Part shown: positions 18,224-27,071 of the stretch, piece by piece
Layout of the letters: the number at the start of each line of letters is the position of its first letter
Numbering within the stretch: the stretch's first letter is position 1
The notes under the pieces: generated by a model
What the model saw: only the letters and a program-made list of their open reading frames with translations
Told to the model about the DNA's origin: nothing
Database searches by the model: none
DNA from: an uncultured Nitrososphaerota archaeon
GTDB taxonomy: Archaea > Thermoproteota > Nitrososphaeria > Nitrososphaerales > Gagatemarchaeaceae
NCBI GenBank assembly: GCA_963838925.1
Contig: CAWISW010000003.1
Location: 544,001 to 608,000, forward strand
Direction of reading: 5' to 3'
Length of the DNA stretch: 64,000 bases
Program-made: the position numbers and the translations under genes

Positions 18224-18311
18224 CGACAAGTCGGCTCGAACACCGAATAAAAGCACTCGCTCCGGCTTCAAGTAAGAATAAAAACCGCTGTTTGCCGGCT
18301 GGCAATTCGGC

Positions 18312-18409
18312 GGGCCGGTCGTCTAGTCTGGTCAGGACGCCGCTCTGACACGGCGGATACGCGAAAAGCGTCGCTAAGGTCGAGAGTTCAATTCTCTCCC
18401 GGCCCACCA
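18312..18409 (+). tRNA. tRNA-Val(GAC) with a 20-nt intron at the variable region (about 43-45); CCA encoded
   Basis: Acceptor GGGCCGG/CCGGCCC; loop CT-GAC-AC; insert TACGCGAAAAGCGTCGCTAA; T arm GAGAG-TTCAATT-CTCTC. Confidence 0.93.
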
Positions 18410-18465
18410 CCCTCTCCCTTGCTTCCGCGATTACGTTTTAACGCTCAGGCGCCGGACCTCCCTCG

Positions 18466-19854
18466 TTGGACAAAGTAGGCATCCTGGTCGTCTCCAAGTC
18501 GCTGAGCTCAGCGGCAATCATCGACACCTTCGCGAGGAGCGAGAGGTACTCCACGGAGTTCTACGTCGCCGAGAAGCAGGTCAACCCGCGCAACTTCAGC
18601 CGTGCCAAGGTCCACAAGGTGGTCCCCGACCTCGACGTGGGCGAGGTCGCGAAGTTCGCGCGCAAGCACAGGAATGAGCTCGCCTTCGGCCTGACGGACA
18701 CCGAGGACTTCGTCACGGCCGGGGGGAGGGACGTCGTGGAGAAGGAGTCCGGGGTCCCCATGCTGTGCGTGACGAAGGAGTTCGCGGTCGAGGCGAGCAA
18801 GGCAGACCAGCGTCTCCTCTTCGAGCGGATATGCCCCGAGGCCAATCCCCGCTACAGGGTCTTCGACCCGAAGAAGTACAAGGGCGACGCGGCCGCCGTC
18901 GCCGACCTGCGCGACCTCTCGAGGGAGCTCACCGACGGGTTCGTGATTAAGCCAGACGCTCCCGCTAGGGGGGCGGGCGTGGGCGTCTGGGGGAAGGACT
19001 TCATGACCGAGGACGAAGCAGTCGAGTTCTTCCTGAACGTCTACTCGAAGGGAAGGGTCGTCGTCGAGGAGCGAATCGAGGGGGAAGAGTCGAGCTTCCA
19101 CGCCTTCAGCGACGGGCGCCACTTCGTCCCCGCTCCCCTGACACGCGACTACAAGCGAGCACTTGACGGGGACAAGGGGAAGCTCACCGGCGGGATGGGG
19201 AGCTACCGCGGCCCCAAGATGGTCCTGCCCTTCCTGCCACCATCCGAGTGGGAGCGGGTCGTCCGCATGGAGCGGGACGCCTTCGAACGCTGGAAGGGAA
19301 GGGGCTCGAACCCGGGCCTCCGCGGGATCGTCCTCTACGACGCGCTCATGCACACCCGCGGGGGGTTCAAGATCCTCGAGAGAAACAGCAGGGGAGGGAA
19401 CACCGAGCAGATCTGCATCCTGACGACGATGCTCGACGACTATGTCGACGTGTGCTACCGCATGATCGACGGCAGCCTCAAGGGTATCAGGTTCTCCAAC
19501 AAGGCCTCGGTGGTGACCTGCGCCGTCCCTCCCGGATACGGTGGGGCCCCCTCCAAGGGAGTCGGGCAGCCGACGGTAGACCTGGGACGAGCCTACGCGC
19601 TCGAGAAGCGCGGCGGCGACCTTCGGGTATTCCCGATGGACCTCAAGCTGGACGAGGCTGGAGAGAGGGCCCTCGTCGGGACCTCCCGGTCGGTGGCGGT
19701 CGCGGGGATCGCGCCGTCGCTCGAAGACGCGCACGACACCTCTCTCCTGGGAGTGAGGGCGCTAGGGAGCGGGTTCCGACACAGGGACGACGTAGGCAGC
19801 GCAGCCGACGTCGCGAGGAGCAGGGAGCACCTCCAGAGCATCAGGAGCGCGTGA
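18466..19854 (+). CDS. purD: Phosphoribosylamine--glycine ligase (divergent)
   Basis: VIKPD...G.GV, EERIEGEE.S, DYKRALDGD.G..TGGMGSY and C-terminal HRDDVG motifs. Confidence 0.8.
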   Translation: MDKVGILVVSKSLSSAAIIDTFARSERYSTEFYVAEKQVNPRNFSRAKVHKVVPDLDVGEVAKFARKHRNELAFGLTDTEDFVTAGGRDVVEKESGVPMLCVTKEFAVEASKADQRLLFERICPEANPRYRVFDPKKYKGDAAAVADLRDLSRELTDGFVIKPDAPARGAGVGVWGKDFMTEDEAVEFFLNVYSKGRVVVEERIEGEESSFHAFSDGRHFVPAPLTRDYKRALDGDKGKLTGGMGSYRGPKMVLPFLPPSEWERVVRMERDAFERWKGRGSNPGLRGIVLYDALMHTRGGFKILERNSRGGNTEQICILTTMLDDYVDVCYRMIDGSLKGIRFSNKASVVTCAVPPGYGGAPSKGVGQPTVDLGRAYALEKRGGDLRVFPMDLKLDEAGERALVGTSRSVAVAGIAPSLEDAHDTSLLGVRALGSGFRHRDDVGSAADVARSREHLQSIRSA

Positions 19855-19868
19855 GGAGCTTCCCCGGC

Positions 19869-20786
19869 CTACTGCACGTAGACGCCCATCTGCTGGCCTA
19901 TCTTCCTCAGGCGCTCGACCCTGTGCTGCATGGACGGGTGCGTCGAGAAGAGCTCCAGCATCGAGCTGCCCCTGAAAGGGTTCACAATCCAGAGCGACGC
20001 GGTAGCGGGCGAGGGGGCCCCGGCCTGACCCTGCCCGCCAGAGGACATGCCCCTCGTCTGGACCCTCGAGCTGATCTTCTGGAGCGCGGAGGCCAGGGCG
20101 CCGGGATTCTGAGTCAGCTTCGCGCCGTACTCGTCAGCGTTGTACTCCAGGCCGCGGGATATCCCGAGCTGGACGAACGTGGCGCCGAGTGGCACGAGTA
20201 TCACCGCCATGAGCAGCGCGAGGGGGTTCCCGTTCTGCCTGTTGTTCCCGCTGCCACCGAACATCATCGAGAACATCGCGATGTTTCCGACGTAGGAGAT
20301 CACACCCGCCATCGTCGCTGCGACGCTCGACGTGAGGACGTCCCTGTGCACGACGTGGCCGATCTCGTGCCCTATCACCGCCTCGAGCTCGGTCGGAGTG
20401 AGGGTCTGGAGTATGCTCGAGGTCGCGACGACCACCGCCTTGCTTGGCCCTCTCCCCGTGGCGAAAGCGTTGGGCTGCTGCGAGCTGACTATCCCAACCC
20501 TCGGCATCGGGATCTGGGCCTTCTGGGCGACGCTCTGGACGGCCGCGAAAAGCGTCGGGTTGTCGCTCTGCTGGATTATCCTGGCCCTGCTCATCTTCAC
20601 CACTATCGTGTCGCTCCAGTAGTACGAGACGAAGTTCACTACGCCCGCGAGCACTAGCCCTAGAAGCATGAAGGCGAGCGGGTCCCCGAAGTAGAGCCCG
20701 ATGGCGTACCCTACCAGCATCAACAGTCCGGTCAGGACGAAGAAGAGCGCCGCCATGCGTGTGTATAATCCCATGAACCTTGGCAC
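19869..20786 (-). CDS. htpX: Zinc metalloprotease HtpX (M48)
   Basis: PNAFATGR, HEIGH, EY.AD and FSTHP motifs. Confidence 0.95.
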   Translation of the reverse strand: MPRFMGLYTRMAALFFVLTGLLMLVGYAIGLYFGDPLAFMLLGLVLAGVVNFVSYYWSDTIVVKMSRARIIQQSDNPTLFAAVQSVAQKAQIPMPRVGIVSSQQPNAFATGRGPSKAVVVATSSILQTLTPTELEAVIGHEIGHVVHRDVLTSSVAATMAGVISYVGNIAMFSMMFGGSGNNRQNGNPLALLMAVILVPLGATFVQLGISRGLEYNADEYGAKLTQNPGALASALQKISSRVQTRGMSSGGQGQAGAPSPATASLWIVNPFRGSSMLELFSTHPSMQHRVERLRKIGQQMGVYVQ

Positions 20787-20875
20787 CGAAGAATCTTCGT
20801 GGAGCGAGAGACGCGTAAAAACCTTTTCCGAAAGGATTTATAGAATCTGGCAGTAGTTTTCTCCCGAAGATTCCA

Positions 20876-21463
20876 ATGGCGTCAGACGACGACTGGGTCA
20901 AGCGGTGGAGGCGGGTCATGCCCTTCGGCCCCTGGTCTTTCCCAGAGGTGGAGGAGATGATGAGGGAGATGGAGAAGAGCTTCATGGACTTCCAAGACAT
21001 CGAGGAGGTGCCCAAGGACCTCGTGAGGGAGAAGCGCGCCAAGGACGGGAGCGTTACGCGCGAGATCGGACCCATTGTCTACGGATACTCTATGACGGTC
21101 GGCCCTGACGGGAAGCCGGTCATACGCGAGTTCGGCAACGTCAAGCCCGGCCCGCACAAGAAGTGGCAGGAGGCGCTCACGGACACGAGGGAGCCCCTGG
21201 TGGACGTCGTCGACGGGGACAAGGAGATCCGGGTCATCGCCGAGCTGCCGGGGGTGCAGAAGGAGGACATCAAGCTCACCGCCGAGGGGAAGAGCCTCGA
21301 GATATGCGCGGAGACGCCAACAAGGAAGTACTGCAAGGAGCTGGAGCTCCCGGCCTCCGTAGACCTTCAGGGATCAAAGTCGACCTTCAACAACGGCATC
21401 CTCGAAGTGACCTTCCAGAAGCGGAAGGGCGGCTCCTCGGGCGTCCGGATCAGGGTAGACTGA
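20876..21463 (+). CDS. hsp20: Archaeal small heat-shock protein Hsp20
   Basis: GPIVYGYSMTVGPDGKPVIREFGNV, REPLVDV, AELPGV and NNGILEV motifs. Confidence 0.93.
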   Translation: MASDDDWVKRWRRVMPFGPWSFPEVEEMMREMEKSFMDFQDIEEVPKDLVREKRAKDGSVTREIGPIVYGYSMTVGPDGKPVIREFGNVKPGPHKKWQEALTDTREPLVDVVDGDKEIRVIAELPGVQKEDIKLTAEGKSLEICAETPTRKYCKELELPASVDLQGSKSTFNNGILEVTFQKRKGGSSGVRIRVD

Positions 21464-21469
21464 GCGGAG

Positions 21470-21922
21470 TCACCGGTAGGGCCCCCCTTCTTCCTTCTTC
21501 AGCCTCGCCAGCGCGTTGAGCGCGACGTCCTGGAAGTCGTTCATCTTTGCGAGCCACCTGGCCAGCTCGAGCGAAGTGATGACGCCCGCTAGCTCCCCAG
21601 ACTCGTCGATGACGGGGAGCTTCCTCACTCCGTAGTCGCTCATTATCTGGGCCGCCTGCGCGATGGTCGCCGTGACGTTGACCGTTATGACGGGCGTGGA
21701 CATGATGTCCCTGACGTAGACCTTGGCGGGGTTGGCTCCGACGGCTATCACCTTCTCGATCATGTCGGTCGACGTCACTATCCCGACCACGATGTCGTCC
21801 GAGGCCACGATGAGGCACTGCTCGCTCCGCTTGGCGATGATTCCGGCCGCCTTGGTCACGGTCATGTCGGGTTCGACCGCCTCCGGCTTCTTCCTCATTA
21901 TGGAGTCGACGAGCGCTTCCAT
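21470..21922 (-). CDS. CBS domain protein
   Basis: Two CBS repeats (VGIVTSTD; VRDIMSTPVIT...VRKLPV). Confidence 0.9.
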   Translation of the reverse strand: MEALVDSIMRKKPEAVEPDMTVTKAAGIIAKRSEQCLIVASDDIVVGIVTSTDMIEKVIAVGANPAKVYVRDIMSTPVITVNVTATIAQAAQIMSDYGVRKLPVIDESGELAGVITSLELARWLAKMNDFQDVALNALARLKKEEGGPYR

Positions 21923-22018
21923 CGCATCCGTTCTTGAAGCCGGGCGGGTTAAACGTTTGGAGCGCCCGATTGGGGTTTGGGAAAACGCTTATTACCGAAA
22001 AGCATAGAAAATTCCACC

Positions 22019-22174
22019 ATGGCCAAGATGATGTCATGCGAGTGCGGTTGGACTCTCATCACCCCTATGGGCGAGAGCGACCTGAAGAAGCACGCGATGA
22101 TGCACATCGCGGACGCGCACCCCGGGATGCACGTCACCGATGACATGATGAAGAAAATGATGAAGACTGTCTAG
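22019..22174 (+). CDS. DUF1059-like small metal-binding protein
   Basis: MAKMMSCECGW...H..MH..DAH pattern. Confidence 0.7.
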   Translation: MAKMMSCECGWTLITPMGESDLKKHAMMHIADAHPGMHVTDDMMKKMMKTV

Positions 22175-22218
22175 CCGCCAGCCGGCGGCCGCCCGCCTCT
22201 GTCTTTCGCGCGGCTTCC

Positions 22219-23055
22219 CTATCTGGGGAACGCGGCTTCGAGCTGCGCCCTGTCCTCGGGCCTCAGCTCCCATCCGCTGGCGCCCAGGTTCTCCCTTACG
22301 TGTTCCGCCCTGGACGCTCGGGGGATCGCGAAGACGTTTCGTCCGGTCACGAGCCAGTTCAGGTCGACCTGCGCTGACGTCTTCGAATACGACTTGCAGA
22401 TGGCCTCCATCTTGCTCCTCGCTCCCGCCCCTGTCACCTTCCCGTGGCCCAGCGGGTAGTAGCAGATCACCGATATCTTGCTGCTCTCGCAGTAGGGCAG
22501 GAGGTCTGCCTCTATGTCTCTGTGGACGAGGGAGTACTGGACCTGGTTGGAGGCGAGCTGGGACTTCTTCAGCGCCGAGTTCGCGTCCTTCATCTGCTGG
22601 AGGGAGAAGTTGCTCACCCCGATGGAGAGGATCTTCCCCTTCTCCTTCATCTCCTCCATCGCACCCATCGTCTCCTCTATCGGCACCCTAGAGTTCGGGA
22701 AGTGCACCTGGTAGAGGTCCACGTAGGAGGTCTCGAGCCTCTTCAGGCTCTTCTCGAGCGCGCGCACGAGCGCGTCCCTCTTCAGGTGGTTTGGCCAGAC
22801 CTTCGTCGCTACGAAGATGTCCTCCCTCTTCCTTCCCTTGATGGCCCTGGCCACGAGGGTCTCGGAGCCGTAGAGCTCAGCGGTGTCGATGAAGTTGATC
22901 CCGCCGTCGAGCCCCGCCTTCAAGGCCTCCACCTTGGACGAGGCGCCCCTCATCCACCCGATGGACTTCGCCGTCGTTATCCACTGGGGGTCGTAGTACG
23001 TCCCCATCCCTATCTCGGAGACCCGAGGCGAGCTCCCCAACGTCTTGTAGTTCAA
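22219..23055 (-). CDS. Aldo/keto reductase
   Basis: FIDTAELYG, ATKV, DLYQVHFP and IGVSNF motifs. Confidence 0.95.
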   Translation of the reverse strand: MNYKTLGSSPRVSEIGMGTYYDPQWITTAKSIGWMRGASSKVEALKAGLDGGINFIDTAELYGSETLVARAIKGRKREDIFVATKVWPNHLKRDALVRALEKSLKRLETSYVDLYQVHFPNSRVPIEETMGAMEEMKEKGKILSIGVSNFSLQQMKDANSALKKSQLASNQVQYSLVHRDIEADLLPYCESSKISVICYYPLGHGKVTGAGARSKMEAICKSYSKTSAQVDLNWLVTGRNVFAIPRASRAEHVRENLGASGWELRPEDRAQLEAAFPR

Positions 23056-23106
23056 ATTCCGCTACCGCTCCCATCTTCTCAGGGGACTTCTCCTAGCTAA
23101 ACCTTG

Positions 23107-23550
23107 TCAGACTACCTTTCTTGATTTCGCCATGTCCAAGACCTCCCTGTGCCCCTCTCTGAGCTCCGGAGGCAGCTTGGCGATGTCGAAGTAGTCGGCC
23201 TTGTCGAAGTCGTCCCTCAGCTTCCCGACGCTTGGAATCTCGGCCTCGAACAGGAAGCAAAGGTCCCAGTGCTTGTCCCCGAAGGACTGGACGTCAAGGA
23301 GCTTCAAGGCTGTTGGCGTGGCGCCGAGCTGCTCCCGGACGATTCTGATTGCCGCGGCACCGGGGTCCTCTCCGTAATTGATGACGGCACTCGGGAGTGA
23401 CCAGCCCGCAGCGCGTTCTGGCTTCACCCTCCTCACAAGGAGGAGATGCGTCCCCTTCCTTGCCAGGACGAACGAGGAGATGTGCATGACCTCCTCGGGT
23501 TGTGTGCCCTCGGGCTGTGGCACTAGCTTAGCGGTCTTCGGGGTGCTCAT
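23107..23550 (-). CDS. NUDIX-fold protein (degenerate Nudix box)
   Basis: WSLPSAVINYGEDP.AAA.R..REQLG. ATG at 23550. Confidence 0.8.
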   Translation of the reverse strand: MSTPKTAKLVPQPEGTQPEEVMHISSFVLARKGTHLLLVRRVKPERAAGWSLPSAVINYGEDPGAAAIRIVREQLGATPTALKLLDVQSFGDKHWDLCFLFEAEIPSVGKLRDDFDKADYFDIAKLPPELREGHREVLDMAKSRKVV

Positions 23551-23677
23551 CAGCCTCGTGGACGCGCGTCCGCCATATAAGCCGTGAATCCGGACCGGGC
23601 CCAATGTCTCAGAGGATTCACGCCGTGCCCCATCGTCTCCTTTTTGTAAGGCCGCGAGGCAGGCTCAGAGTGAAACC

Positions 23678-23911
23678 ATGACGCTTATGAGCGACATCAA
23701 GGCCGGATTCAAAGCCAAGGGCTTGGAGTTCGTCTCCATCACAGAGTCGACGAAAGATCCCGACAAGTCGACGCTTACCTACAAGGATGCATCCGGAGCA
23801 ACCGCCACCAGGGAGGTCAGCATCAGGCTCGAGGACCTCGAGGACACGGTCATGGCGGTGGAGGGCCTCGATCCGGAGGACATCGCGACCTTTCTTCTGG
23901 GCAATTCCTAG
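23678..23911 (+). CDS. Small hypothetical acidic protein
   Basis: 77-aa ORF with host-like codon usage and a T-rich box upstream. Confidence 0.65.
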   Translation: MTLMSDIKAGFKAKGLEFVSITESTKDPDKSTLTYKDASGATATREVSIRLEDLEDTVMAVEGLDPEDIATFLLGNS

Positions 23912-23963
23912 CAGGCAAAGTCCCAGCAACGGCCCATACTCCCGTCTCTGAAGGGAGAAGTGA

Positions 23964-24059
23964 TGGTGGACCGGAAGGGACTTGAACCCTTGACCTTGGG
24001 GAGTGTTGACACTCTCTCCCGCGTGCAAGGCGGGCGTTCTACCGCTGAACTACCGGCCC
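23964..24059 (-). tRNA. tRNA-Ala(TGC) with a 21-nt intron at the variable region; CCA encoded
   Basis: Acceptor GGGCCGG/CCGGTCC (G3:U70); CCCGC-CT-TGC-AC-GCGGG; insert with a GAGTGT/ACACTC hairpin. Confidence 0.93.
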
Positions 24060-24125
24060 ATCGCCAAAGAGGCCCAAACGACCGCTCTTATCTTTTCCAA
24101 TCGTATTTGTAACTGACAAACCGAT

Positions 24126-24302
24126 TTACAAGAGCGCCAAGGCACGCTTTATGACTGGAACCGAGTACCCGTAGCGTCTGGATAGTTCAAGAAGTGTCAA
24201 GGACCGTAGTCTGCTAGGGCGCTGCAAGTCCTGTAGATTGGCAACGTTTCTTGAGTGAGAGCAATCGGCCAGGCATCCATGTGTAATCTCCTCCAATACC
24301 AC
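24126..24302 (-). CDS. Small HTH-like protein (58 aa; below the ORF-track cutoff)
   Basis: Open frame from GTG to TAA ending LTLLELSRRYGYSVPVIKRALALL, an HTH-like pattern. Confidence 0.4.
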   Translation of the reverse strand: MVLEEITHGCLADCSHSRNVANLQDLQRPSRLRSLTLLELSRRYGYSVPVIKRALALL

Positions 24303-24416
24303 TTAACCACCCACAAGTACCCGCGAATTTGCGTGTGCCGCACTCACTATAAGCCGCGGGCACGAAAGACCCGATGTTTACGCTTATAGACAGTTAATCA
24401 GCCACCTGAGACCCGT

Positions 24417-24515
24417 GGGCCGGTAGCTCAGAGTCAAAATTCTCCTGACGAGCAGTTTGGCTAGAGCACTCGACTGATAATCGAGAGGTCGAGGGTTCGA
24501 ATCCCTTCCGGCCCA
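24417..24515 (+). tRNA. tRNA-Ile(GAT) with a 24-nt intron in the D arm (about 13-16)
   Basis: GGGCCGGTAGCTCAG[AGTCAAAATTCTCCTGACGAGCAG]TTTGGCTAGAGC; CTCGA-CT-GAT-AA-TCGAG; T arm GAGGG-TTCGAAT-CCCTT. Confidence 0.93.
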
Positions 24516-24523
24516 TTCTACTT

Positions 24524-24745
24524 TCAAAGTGCCACCTCGAGCACCTTTTCCCTAGACTTCGCCCCGCTCACGATGACCACCTTCGACTTCGATACCCCGA
24601 AGTGCTCGGCCATGATCTCGACCAGCCTCCTGTTCGCCCTCCCGTCGATCGCCTTCGCGTCCACCTTGACCTCGAAGCTCAGCTCGCCGACCTTGGTGAC
24701 TCGCGCCTGCCTCGAGTTCGGCGTCACATGGACGTGGATGAGCAT
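24524..24745 (-). CDS. DUF167/YggU family protein
   Basis: VHVTPNS...DGRAN..LV....FGV.KS.V.I.SG.KSR.K pattern. Confidence 0.9.
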   Translation of the reverse strand: MLIHVHVTPNSRQARVTKVGELSFEVKVDAKAIDGRANRRLVEIMAEHFGVSKSKVVIVSGAKSREKVLEVAL

Positions 24746-24787
24746 CTCTCGAAGGCCACGGCCTGCGCATCCTTAACGTTACGACAG

Positions 24788-25282
24788 TCACGGGCGCACG
24801 GCTTTCGCGCTCTCCAGCAGGGCGGCTCCGACCTGCTTCCCGACCTGCTGGAACCGCAGCTCCTCTCCCGCCTTGAGGACTGTGGCCTCCGCTCTGTCCT
24901 TTCTTATCGGGCTGACAACGACCGCTGACTCGTGCGGGGCGAGGAGCCTGAGGCCGAGGCCCTTCAGCGCCTTCTCGATGAACTTGGCCGCGCTGCCAGA
25001 GATGCGCGAACCAACCTTGGTGTCGAACGCGAAACCATACTTTCCGGACAGCCCTGCCCCATCGAGCTTCGCAATGAAGTCCTTGATCGGTTTGGACGCG
25101 CTGAACGCCTCCGTCGGAGCCCCGATGCAAAGCAGGTCGTATTCCTTGAGAGAGTCTACCTCCACATCCTTCCAGTTGAGGCAATCCGTCTGGACGCCGC
25201 CCTCTCCGATTCCCGACTGGATGGCCCGGGCAATCTTTTCAGTGTTCCCGAACCGCGTGTCGTAGATGACGCAGGCTCTCAA
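24788..25282 (-). CDS. Flavodoxin-like protein
   Basis: IYDTRFGNTEKIA..I, IGAPT and FAFDT motifs. Confidence 0.9.
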   Translation of the reverse strand: MRACVIYDTRFGNTEKIARAIQSGIGEGGVQTDCLNWKDVEVDSLKEYDLLCIGAPTEAFSASKPIKDFIAKLDGAGLSGKYGFAFDTKVGSRISGSAAKFIEKALKGLGLRLLAPHESAVVVSPIRKDRAEATVLKAGEELRFQQVGKQVGAALLESAKAVRP

Positions 25283-25294
25283 GCGCCAGGCCTC

Positions 25295-25909
25295 CTACGT
25301 GTGCGCCGGAGCTGCTTGGAGAGGTTGGCCCGCCGGCATTGGCGGTTTGTCCTCTATCGAGAAGAACGCGACGACGACCAAGACCTGGGCAACGAACAGG
25401 AGAAGGAAACCTACCAGAATTATCGTGGTCGCGGCTCCTATGAGGTAGACCAGACCCGCGGTCTCAAACATCCCTACGCCCAGCTTCGAAGAGATCGACT
25501 TGTAGCTCCTCCTGACGTAGACGGCCGAGACGAGCAGCATCGCCCAGACGACGGCAAGGCCGATGAGTAAGGAGCCTATGAGGGCGATCCAGTCCCCTGT
25601 CGGGACGGTAGACGGGTTGAAGCTGTAGTTGGGCCCAAAGTTGAGGTTGTTGAGGCCCACGAACCGAAGGACGCTTCCTACAACGACCAGCGCGCCCACC
25701 ACTATCCCTGCGATGGCCAGCCCCACCGAGACGAGCATGTTGCTGAAGATGGACTTGTCGCCGACGATTTGGGAGATGTCCCTTATCGCCACCAGCATCA
25801 GGACGAAGCCGACTATGCCGAGAACCGATCCCACGCTAGGAACCGCGGTGAGGAGCACAAAGATCGAGCCGACGGCCCCGAGGGTCTTCGCCTGTGACAG
25901 GTTCGGCAT
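25295..25909 (-). CDS. DUF996 membrane protein
   Basis: AKTLG.VGSI...; F.TAG.VYLIGA.T.IILVG..L...A.VL.VVAFFS pattern. Confidence 0.8.
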   Translation of the reverse strand: MPNLSQAKTLGAVGSIFVLLTAVPSVGSVLGIVGFVLMLVAIRDISQIVGDKSIFSNMLVSVGLAIAGIVVGALVVVGSVLRFVGLNNLNFGPNYSFNPSTVPTGDWIALIGSLLIGLAVVWAMLLVSAVYVRRSYKSISSKLGVGMFETAGLVYLIGAATTIILVGFLLLFVAQVLVVVAFFSIEDKPPMPAGQPLQAAPAHT

Positions 25910-25959
25910 CTACTTCACCGCGTTTGTTTGGAGCTGACCAGGATAAGAAGCGGGCATAC

Positions 25960-25979
25960 GATTCTCAGTCCTTGGAATG
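25960..25979 (-). promoter_or_regulatory. Regulon palindrome site upstream of DUF996-flavodoxin
   Basis: GATTCTCA-GTCC-TTGGAATG. On the minus strand, 11 nt then TCTTATCC. Confidence 0.65.
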
Positions 25980-26039
25980 TCAGGCTTCCGAGCGAGGAGC
26001 CGTGAAAGCGTCTTAAGCCGGCCGAGTCGAGAAGGCCTG

Positions 26040-27071
26040 ATGACGGCGCGAGGAGACATCATAATGGATGCTGACCAAGAGAGGCCGAGGGCCATCCTTG
26101 TCGAGGACCTCGTGAAGGCGTACTCCCCGGAGATGAGGGCCGTCGACTCGATCTCCTTCTCCGTGGCTTCCGGAGGGATCTTTGGGCTCCTCGGGCCGAA
26201 CGGGGCCGGAAAGACTACGACGATCAAGATGATCACGGGACTCATCAAGCCGACCTCCGGGTACCTCCGCCTGTTCGGAGTCGACGTGGCGAGGTCGCCC
26301 CAAGCTGCAAGGAGGCTAATGGGGTACGTCCCCCAAAACATTTCGGTCGACGGCGACCTCTCCGGATACGAGAACCTCCTGATATTCTCGAAGCTCTCCT
26401 ACGTCGACAGGGCGGTGCGGAAGGAAAGGATAGCCAGCGCCCTGGAGTACGTCGGGCTGAGCGGGAGGGAGAACGAGCTGGTCAAGCACTACTCAGGCGG
26501 CATGATGCGCCGCCTGGAGGTCGCCCAGTCGCTCGTGAACCGGCCCAAGATCCTTTTCCTCGACGAGCCGGCGATAGGCCTCGACCCCGGCTCGAGGAGG
26601 GAGATCTGGGCGAGCATAAGGCAGCTGAGGAAGGACTTCGGGACCACCATATTCATCACCACGCACGACATGAGCGAGGCAGACTATCTCTGCGACCGGG
26701 TGGCGATAATGGACTCTGGCAAGATAGTCGTGATGGGGTCGCCCGAATCGTTGAAGGAGTCCCTGGGCGGCGACATGGTGACCTTCCAGCTCGCGCAACC
26801 GGGCAAGCCGGTAGCCCTGCCCTCAGACCTCGGCCAGCTGGTGCACCAGGACGACTCGACCATAAAGGTCCTCACGCGCGACGGCCCGGAGTCCGCGCCG
26901 AAGATGGTCGTCCTCCTCAAGGACCAGGGGATCGGAATCCAGTCGATGTCGATCGACATACCGAGCCTCGACGACGTCTTCCTGAAGTACACGAAGAAGC
27001 GGCTCGACGAGCACGGGAGCATAGTCGAGGCGAGGGCGGTCCGGAGAAGCATCGCGAGGTACTCCAAATGA
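26040..27071 (+). CDS. ABC exporter ATP-binding protein (DrrA-like)
   Basis: GPNGAGKTT, YSGGMMRRL and FLDEP motifs. Start is ATG 26040 or 26064. Confidence 0.93.
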   Translation: MTARGDIIMDADQERPRAILVEDLVKAYSPEMRAVDSISFSVASGGIFGLLGPNGAGKTTTIKMITGLIKPTSGYLRLFGVDVARSPQAARRLMGYVPQNISVDGDLSGYENLLIFSKLSYVDRAVRKERIASALEYVGLSGRENELVKHYSGGMMRRLEVAQSLVNRPKILFLDEPAIGLDPGSRREIWASIRQLRKDFGTTIFITTHDMSEADYLCDRVAIMDSGKIVVMGSPESLKESLGGDMVTFQLAQPGKPVALPSDLGQLVHQDDSTIKVLTRDGPESAPKMVVLLKDQGIGIQSMSIDIPSLDDVFLKYTKKRLDEHGSIVEARAVRRSIARYSK

